Virus record (IMG/VR): IMGVR_UViG_3300005662_000036
Span: 8,888 to 72,887 of that record
Length of the DNA stretch: 64,000 nucleotides
Direction: 5' to 3' (one strand)
Source of the DNA: a virus
Lineage: Duplodnaviria > Caudoviricetes
Shown here one piece after another: positions 57,604 through 64,000 of this stretch (position 1 is its first letter; every line of letters starts with the position of its first letter). A model generated the notes under the pieces. It did not search any database, was not told the origin of the DNA, and worked only from the letters and a program-made list of their open reading frames with translations. The position numbers and the translations under genes were made by a program.

Positions 57604-59601
57604 ATGGCTTATAACACAATTCTAATTAAACGTCGTACGTCTGGCGCCGTTGGTGCTCCCTCTTCACTATCTGGTGGTGAGTTGGCATTTAACGAAGTAG
57701 ATAGTACGTTATATTACGGTGCTTCAGGAGGAGTGCCAATTGCTATTGCGGGTGCTGGCACATTTGCTACGAACAGTCTCGTTAGTAGTATTTCTGCAGA
57801 TCTTGAATCGCAAATTGCCACTCTAGATTCTACGTTAACTACAAATTTATCATTAGCTCAAAGTGACTTAAACACAAAAATTGACGGTTTAAGTTCAAGC
57901 ATTGATTATATTGTTAGTAACATTGATCCTGCTGCTTTAGATTCATTAACTGAATTAGTCAGTGCTTTTCAAGGTGCTGATGGAAATTTAAGTGATGCAA
58001 TTACAAACTTAGCAAACACTGCTTCAACAAATCTAGCTTCTGTTTCTTCTACTTTAGATTCTAGAATTACTTCAGAAGTTTCAACATTAAACACAACAAT
58101 AGTTTCTGTATCAAGTACTCTTCAAGCACAAATTAATGGGTCAGTGTCAGATTCTATTGGTTCTGTTTCTGATCAATTAGATAGCGATGTAGCAACGTTA
58201 AATTCTTTAATTGCTAGCGTTTCAGCTACACTTGATTCAGCTATTGACACAGAAGAAGCTGCTCGTATTGCTGCTGATTCAGTCATTGAAACTACAATGG
58301 CTTCTGTTTCAGCTGCTCTTGATGCTAAAATAGATTCCGAAGTCAGTGGTCTTAATTCAACAATTACTAGCTTGTCGTCTACTGTAGATTCACAAGTTAG
58401 TAATATACAGTCTCAGATTAACAACGTTCTTTCAAACGTTGATCCTGCTGCTTTAGATTCGTTGTCTGAAATCGTTACTGCTTTTCAAGCTGCTGACGAT
58501 ACCATCAACGGTGCAATTACTTCTTTAGCTAACAATTCTTCTACTACTCTTGCAGCAGTTTCTGCAACATTAAATTCAAGAATTGATTCTGAAGTTGCTA
58601 GTTTAAATTCGACAGTTAATTCAGTTTCAGCAACTCTTGCTAGTGATTTAGCAACAGAAACGGCAGCACGTATTGCTGCTGATTCAGACATTCAAACTAA
58701 TTTAGCTTCGGTTTCAGCAACTCTTGCTAGCGACATTGCTTCAAACACTGCTTCAACAACCAGTTATGTTCATGCTAATTTCTTACCTCTTTCGGGTGGA
58801 GAAATTACAGGCCCACTTACAGTTGCTGGCGGGTTAGAAATCGGAGATGGTGCTGAAGATGCTGTATTGTTTGTTGGCAACAACAAGGTAGGTATTGGCA
58901 CAGAAACACCAAACGAAGAATTAACAGTAGTTGGTTCAATCTCAGCAACCGAAAGTATTTTTGCTTCAAACGCAACATTTACAGATAACGTTGTTGTTCC
59001 AGAACCAACAACATCAAACCATGCTGCTACAAAGAATTATGTAGATTCAGCAGTTGATGCTCTTGAAAGTTCGATTGCATCAGAAGTTAACACGCTCAAC
59101 ACAACTGTTGCTGCTGTTTCTAGTAATATTCAAGGTCAAATAGACAATGTTCTTAGTAATGTTGATCCTGCTGCCTTAGATTCATTATCAGAAATTGTTA
59201 CTGCTTTTCAAGCTGCTGATAGCACATTAGATGGAGCTATTACGTCTCTTGCTGGTGCTGCATCAACAACATTAGCATCTGTTTCTGCAACACTTGATGC
59301 TAAGATTGACACTCAGATTTCTAATCTTTCTTCAACAGTTGATGCCAACTTTGTTGAAAAAACCGAATCTGATGCTGTTTCTCTTAACGGCGGATTGACT
59401 GTTAGTAGTGGCTTAACCTCAGACAGCCTCGTTGTATCAGGCACTACTAGTCTAGATAACGGAGCAATTACTACCAACGGTTCTGGTAATATGACATTGA
59501 CAGGCAACGTCACCGTTGCTGAACCAATTGTAAGTTCACATGCTGCTACCAAGAATTATGTAGACGTTGCAGTCTCTGTTCTTGATGGTGGATCATTCTA
59601 A
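57604..59601 (+). CDS. coiled-coil fibre/whisker protein
   Basis: N-terminal 'ILIKRR...LSGGELAFNE...LYYG' fibre-head motif; three 'N(I/V)DPAALDSL-x-E(L/I)V-x-AFQ-x-AD' repeats; two 'HAATKNYVD'; ends LDGGSF. Confidence 0.8.
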   Translation: MAYNTILIKRRTSGAVGAPSSLSGGELAFNEVDSTLYYGASGGVPIAIAGAGTFATNSLVSSISADLESQIATLDSTLTTNLSLAQSDLNTKIDGLSSSIDYIVSNIDPAALDSLTELVSAFQGADGNLSDAITNLANTASTNLASVSSTLDSRITSEVSTLNTTIVSVSSTLQAQINGSVSDSIGSVSDQLDSDVATLNSLIASVSATLDSAIDTEEAARIAADSVIETTMASVSAALDAKIDSEVSGLNSTITSLSSTVDSQVSNIQSQINNVLSNVDPAALDSLSEIVTAFQAADDTINGAITSLANNSSTTLAAVSATLNSRIDSEVASLNSTVNSVSATLASDLATETAARIAADSDIQTNLASVSATLASDIASNTASTTSYVHANFLPLSGGEITGPLTVAGGLEIGDGAEDAVLFVGNNKVGIGTETPNEELTVVGSISATESIFASNATFTDNVVVPEPTTSNHAATKNYVDSAVDALESSIASEVNTLNTTVAAVSSNIQGQIDNVLSNVDPAALDSLSEIVTAFQAADSTLDGAITSLAGAASTTLASVSATLDAKIDTQISNLSSTVDANFVEKTESDAVSLNGGLTVSSGLTSDSLVVSGTTSLDNGAITTNGSGNMTLTGNVTVAEPIVSSHAATKNYVDVAVSVLDGGSF

Positions 59602-59622
59602 CTTCACTTACTAATTATCTTT

Positions 59623-59653
59623 ACTCTAGGCGGGTGTAAATCCCGCCTAGAGT
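59623..59653. other. GC-rich 12-bp hairpin without U-tract
   Basis: ACTCTAGGCGGG-tgtaaat-CCCGCCTAGAGT. Confidence 0.75.
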
Positions 59654-59682
59654 TAGATTAAAAAATTAAACTAACCAAATTT

Positions 59683-59757
59683 ATGGCCAAACTAAACATA
59701 CGACCCGCAACAAAAGTTATAATGACTTCAAACAGCAAAACCAAAATCGTTTATTAA
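59683..59757 (+). CDS. possible 24-aa micro-ORF (MAKLNIRPATKVIMTSNSKTKIVY)
   Basis: ATG in an A-rich context similar to the 57604 start; fills an otherwise empty gap. Confidence 0.35.
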   Translation: MAKLNIRPATKVIMTSNSKTKIVY

Positions 59758-59781
59758 TGTTTGATTACAGCATCTGACTAG

Positions 59782-59789
59782 TATAAATA
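59782..59789 (+). promoter_or_regulatory. T4-type late promoter TATAAATA
   Basis: Exact consensus, 6 nt before GTG 59796. Confidence 0.55.
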
Positions 59790-59795
59790 CACAAT

Positions 59796-60584
59796 GTGAT
59801 TATAGTTTTACCAATTTCAAAGAACGATTTTACTCAACCCCTTAGTGTCTTTTCTTTTATAAAAACACTAAGGGGTTTTTCTTGTTATGAAAACCATGAA
59901 CTTTTAATGGTAGGAAATCCGTCAGATGTTAGTTACATAAACGCTGTTTACGGTTTAATAGAAGATTTATTTCCTAAGAAAAAAATTCATATCTTTAATG
60001 AAGACGGTCCAAGAGGCTGGCCCGAAGGTCCTAATTTTTATTGGAAACAAACGATTGAATATTTAAAATGGGAGGAGAATAAACTTCCGTGGTTTTGGAT
60101 GGAGCTTGATTGTGTTCCTTTAAAACCTAACTGGGCAAATATTTTAGAACAAGAATATATCAAAAATAATAAACCTTGCATGGGCACAGTTCAAGATACG
60201 ACCACTATTACAAAAGACATGTATAGAATTGTAATAGGCAAGCATCTTCAAGGAACAGCTATTTATCCTCCAAGAGTAGATGAAATTTGTAGCATTTGGC
60301 AATATGTTGATCAACTACCAACAGCATTTGATGTAATAACTCAATGGGAAATAATGCCGAACACTGCAGACACAAAACTTATTCAACAAGGATTTAGAAC
60401 CCATAAATATAAGTTACATTTCAATCCTTTTAAAATTCAAGGTGAGGACAATGGAGATCAAGGAGGAGCCGTTTCGTATAATACTCCATTAAATCGTGAA
60501 GCTGTAATTCATCATGGATGCAAAGACTCCTCTCTAGCAGATATTATAAATTCAGCTGAATATAAATTATGGCTAGAACAATAA
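59796..60584 (+). CDS. putative GT-A-like glycosyltransferase
   Basis: 'WFWMELDCVPL' DxD-like strand, 'GWPEGPN', late 'IHHGCKD'. Confidence 0.45.
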   Translation: MIIVLPISKNDFTQPLSVFSFIKTLRGFSCYENHELLMVGNPSDVSYINAVYGLIEDLFPKKKIHIFNEDGPRGWPEGPNFYWKQTIEYLKWEENKLPWFWMELDCVPLKPNWANILEQEYIKNNKPCMGTVQDTTTITKDMYRIVIGKHLQGTAIYPPRVDEICSIWQYVDQLPTAFDVITQWEIMPNTADTKLIQQGFRTHKYKLHFNPFKIQGEDNGDQGGAVSYNTPLNREAVIHHGCKDSSLADIINSAEYKLWLEQ

Positions 60585-60615
60585 TGCTTGCCTCTATTAT
60601 GAATAAATATAACTG

Positions 60616-62712
60616 GTGAGTTCTACTGTTTCAACATTTGCTGGTGCGATTTCTTCTGGGTTTCTTGATGGTCAAGGAATCCAAGCAAGATTTAATTCTC
60701 TTTGTGATCTTATTAAAGACAGCGATGGAAATTTTTACGCAGTAGATACTAATAACCATAGAATTTGTAAAATAACACCAAGTGGGTTAGTTACTACTTT
60801 TGCGGGATCGGGAATTGCAGGGTTTGCAAACGGACAGGGTACCTCAGCTCAATTTAATTTTCCCAGATCAATAACTCTAGCACCAAACGGAAATTTTTAT
60901 GTAACAGATACGATGAATCACAAAATTCGTCAAATCTCACCGTCTGGCAATGTAACAACTCTTGCTGGATCAACTCAAGGCAATGCATCAGGTCAAGGAT
61001 CTGCAGCAAAATTTAATGAACCGTTCGGTATTACTTATTTTCCGCGTGATTCATATTTAATTGTATCTGATAAAAACAACAATAGAATATGTAAAATTAC
61101 GTTAGCAGGAGCTGTTTCTGTTTTGACTGGTTCGAGTTCAGGAGCCTCCGGCTCTAGTGATGGTTATCTTACTACTGCTAGGTTTAATGCTCCCACTTAC
61201 CTATATCATTCTCCAGTTTGGGAAACTGTTTTTGTTGTTGATTCAAACAATTTTAAAGTACGTAGATGTGATCCACAAGGCAGTAGTAGTGTTTCTACTT
61301 TATTTGGAACCGGAGTGGCTGGATATTCAGACGGAAATAAAGCTACAGCACAAGTTTTCTCACCTAAAGGCTTAATACATACCAAAAAAGGATTTATATA
61401 TTTTACAGATGGTAATCGTATTCGTAAATGGTCATTTTTGTTTGATAGAGTAGACACATTATTTACTTCAACAAACGGTTTACCTTCCTCGGAATTGTTT
61501 GGTTTAGTTGTAAACGAATTAACTGGAAGTTTGTTTGTAAACGCTACAAATCAAATAATAGAAATTTCAAATGTGCAGAGACCAGCGCAAATTATTGAAC
61601 CTTTTGCAGGTCCTTTGTCGATTAATTCACGCGGATATGTAGACGGAGAAGGGAGTTCAGCAAGATTTTCTTCTCCTTCTAATTTGGTAAGAGATTTTGA
61701 GGGAAATACATACGTAACTGATGTGGGGAATTTCAGAATTCGCAAAATTTCTCCTTCAGGAACAGTTACTACTTTTGCTGGCTCAGGCATAAAAGGGCAT
61801 TTAGATGGACAAGGAACAGCTGCTCGGTTTGGAGATTCACTCGAATTAGCTATAGATTCCAAAAAAAATATTTATGTTTCTGACAGAAACAATCACTGCA
61901 TTCGGAAAATTACACCCACCGGATACGTTTCGACTTTTGCTGGTTCCACTCAATGGGGATACGTCAACGGTCTAACGACAACTGCTCGATTTTCTCATCC
62001 AGAGTCATTAGCAGTAGATAAATATGACAATATATACGTAGCGGATACGGGCAATAGCGTTATCCGAAAAATATCAACAGATGGATATGTGACTCTATAT
62101 GCAGGAACACAGTCCGGCATCGGCTATAGCGGTTTAGTTGACGGAGATCGTCTTAGCGCGAAATTCCTTAGTCCGCGTAGTGTAGCTATAGATAATACTA
62201 ACACGATGTATGTTGGAGATGATACTTTCGTTCGAAAAATAGATTCGCTTGGAAACGTCACGACTTTTGCTGGTATATCTAATCCTTTTTCTACTTCACA
62301 AGAACCAGACTTTATTGGGCCTGCTTTACAAAAAAAGTTTGGGTATATTCAAAATATTGTTACCTCAACATCAAAAAACATATTTGTTTTAGATGGAAAT
62401 TCAATAGTAAAAATTACTCCTAATGGATTAGTAACCCCTGTATTTAACGAGAGTGATGTTTTATTTAAAGACCTGTCAATAAACCCGTGGAACATGACAT
62501 TTGACAGAATAACCGGAGATGCTTATATCGTTTATGGTGCTCCCAATTCATGGTGTGCACAAGGGGTGGGAAAAATTACTAATTTCAATGAATATCCTGT
62601 TGCCTTTTTCCAGGATATAAGCTCATATTTCATTAAAACTAAAAGCAACGCGAAGTTTTTAGGCAAATCAAAAAATTTAATTTTTATTGATCCGCTCTCT
62701 TATAATTCTTAG
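60616..62712 (+). CDS. NHL-repeat (double beta-propeller) protein
   Basis: Repeated 'G-x-x-ARF-x-x-P...D...N-x-YV-x-D-x-x-N-x-x-IRKI(S/T)P-x-G-x-V-x-TFAG'. Confidence 0.9.
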   Translation: MSSTVSTFAGAISSGFLDGQGIQARFNSLCDLIKDSDGNFYAVDTNNHRICKITPSGLVTTFAGSGIAGFANGQGTSAQFNFPRSITLAPNGNFYVTDTMNHKIRQISPSGNVTTLAGSTQGNASGQGSAAKFNEPFGITYFPRDSYLIVSDKNNNRICKITLAGAVSVLTGSSSGASGSSDGYLTTARFNAPTYLYHSPVWETVFVVDSNNFKVRRCDPQGSSSVSTLFGTGVAGYSDGNKATAQVFSPKGLIHTKKGFIYFTDGNRIRKWSFLFDRVDTLFTSTNGLPSSELFGLVVNELTGSLFVNATNQIIEISNVQRPAQIIEPFAGPLSINSRGYVDGEGSSARFSSPSNLVRDFEGNTYVTDVGNFRIRKISPSGTVTTFAGSGIKGHLDGQGTAARFGDSLELAIDSKKNIYVSDRNNHCIRKITPTGYVSTFAGSTQWGYVNGLTTTARFSHPESLAVDKYDNIYVADTGNSVIRKISTDGYVTLYAGTQSGIGYSGLVDGDRLSAKFLSPRSVAIDNTNTMYVGDDTFVRKIDSLGNVTTFAGISNPFSTSQEPDFIGPALQKKFGYIQNIVTSTSKNIFVLDGNSIVKITPNGLVTPVFNESDVLFKDLSINPWNMTFDRITGDAYIVYGAPNSWCAQGVGKITNFNEYPVAFFQDISSYFIKTKSNAKFLGKSKNLIFIDPLSYNS

Positions 62713-62758
62713 TTTTTTTGTAATGTTATCAAATGTGGAAAGTAAATAAATAACCTCA

Positions 62759-63895
62759 ATGCCTGAGATTACACCTACTCCTACTCCTTCAAGATTTGAA
62801 TGTCATCTTCCTGATGTTGGCTCATACTATGTAACATCTTACTATAGTGTTGCTAAGTATTTAGGTAAAGCGAAAAATTTAATGTTTATTGATCCTCTTT
62901 GCTATAATAGAACTCCTCTTCCAACTAAAACTCCTTCAAGCACTGTTACTCCAACTAATACTCCAACTCCAACAACTAGCTCTCCTTTAACTCCGATTAT
63001 TTCTGGATCTTGGTCTAATATTACTCCAATTCCTAATTTACACGGAGGAGCTCCAGGAAGTTCGTGGCACAGCGTTCATTATTGGAGCAAATTAAACAGA
63101 TGGTATGCCTTGTATCACACTGGAGCTGAAAATTCAAAGGGACTGACCGCTTCAGCAGTACCAGCTCCTACTTCCTGGACTCAACTGACTTTGCCAGCAT
63201 CTGCGTATTGGTTTGCTCTCGCATCTGATTCATCGTATTTATATGCTCTAGGGGAATATTCTGTTGGATATAGAAGCACCAACGGATCTTCGTGGACTCC
63301 GATGGGGTTTACTACATCACATGGTTGGACTGAAATGAAAAAATTAGGAAATATACTTTTCGTTTCCGATCCACGAGCAGTAGGAGGAAATCGAATATCT
63401 ACAAATCAAGGTCAAACTTCAGCACAGTTGTTTTCGTCTGATGCTCTATATGATATGGATTATGACGGTGTTTCGTGGATAGCTCTTGTCAACAATTCAA
63501 CAACCGCAAAAATAACAATGAACGGTACATCATGGAGTAACATTACTATTCCCTCGACTAATGGAAATTCATGGACAAGAATAACACATGGTGGAAATAA
63601 ATGGGTTGTTTACAACAGAAACACACTTCAAGCAAGCATTTCAAACGGAACAAGCGATGGGTTATCTTGGAATTTAATTACACTGCCAGCGAAGCCTTCT
63701 GAAATTATTTTCTATAAAAATTTATATTGGTTGTTTGTTAGTGATGGTACAAAAGTATATTACACAAATAACTTTAGTAATTGGCAAACAATGAATCACA
63801 CTGCATTAAACTCTCCAGCAGTTGGAGCTGGAAATAATAGAATTGTTGCGTTTGGCAACTTTAGTACAACTTCTATTCTTTCTCCAGCTTTATAA
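62759..63895 (+). CDS. Thr/Pro-linker protein with Trp-rich beta-propeller-like domain
   Basis: TP-rich linker followed by repeated 'S-x-(N/D)G-x-SW' blades. Confidence 0.75.
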   Translation: MPEITPTPTPSRFECHLPDVGSYYVTSYYSVAKYLGKAKNLMFIDPLCYNRTPLPTKTPSSTVTPTNTPTPTTSSPLTPIISGSWSNITPIPNLHGGAPGSSWHSVHYWSKLNRWYALYHTGAENSKGLTASAVPAPTSWTQLTLPASAYWFALASDSSYLYALGEYSVGYRSTNGSSWTPMGFTTSHGWTEMKKLGNILFVSDPRAVGGNRISTNQGQTSAQLFSSDALYDMDYDGVSWIALVNNSTTAKITMNGTSWSNITIPSTNGNSWTRITHGGNKWVVYNRNTLQASISNGTSDGLSWNLITLPAKPSEIIFYKNLYWLFVSDGTKVYYTNNFSNWQTMNHTALNSPAVGAGNNRIVAFGNFSTTSILSPAL

Positions 63896-63907
63896 TAAAT
63901 AATATGG

Positions 63908-64000
63908 ATGCCCGAGATTACACCTACGCCTACTCCTTCAAGATTTGAATGTCATCTTCCTGATGTCGGGTCATACTATGTTAAAGTTAAAAACAGTGTT
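63908..64000 (+). CDS. 3'-truncated paralog sharing its first 25 aa with the 62759 ORF
   Basis: MPEITPTPTPSRFECHLPDVGSYYVKVKNSV runs off the window end; TAAATA 12 nt upstream. Confidence 0.8.
   Translation, partial: MPEITPTPTPSRFECHLPDVGSYYVKVKNSV

Noticed and set aside
62759-63982. Near-identical 75-nt pair as a possible DGR template/variable region
   Set aside because: The 5 differences are synonymous third-position changes, not adenine-specific; the repeat is at gene 5' ends and no reverse transcriptase is seen
1-64000. Stop-codon reassignment, as seen in some large phages
   Set aside because: Conserved genes are full length in the standard code, and TAG and TGA end genes at sensible junctions (e.g. 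nrdA TGA right after CQSCEA; TAG at 15082, 57475, 62712)

Overview
An AT-rich, densely coding 64 kb segment of a large T4-like (myovirus) bacteriophage genome. T4-core genes are present but scattered: portal gp20, clamp loader gp44, gp16-like small terminase, gp14-like neck, and baseplate gp25/gp6/gp53 plus gp7-, gp26-, gp27-, gp48- and gp54-like genes. Auxiliary genes are nrdA/nrdB (class Id signature), Hsp20 and a dUTPase/dCTP-deaminase-family enzyme. Accessory content includes a glycan-building island at 4.9-11.6 kb (GT60-like GlcNAc transferase, sulfotransferase, two HtrL/YibB domains, two SAM methyltransferase domains, further GT-like domains). There is also a large set of putative virion appendage proteins (beta-propellers, PKD, Ig, NHL, LRR, tail collar, coiled-coil fibre), several with mucin-like Thr/Pro stalks. 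The best candidate for an undescribed system is phage-encoded O-glycosylation of mucin-like virion proteins; this is inference. Other notable patterns are a TAAATA motif at a near-fixed 11-13 nt before at least 17 start codons, and several short peptide modules shared among fibre genes. All family calls come from motif recognition by eye; no database search was run. No tRNA, rRNA, CRISPR array or mobile element was found.
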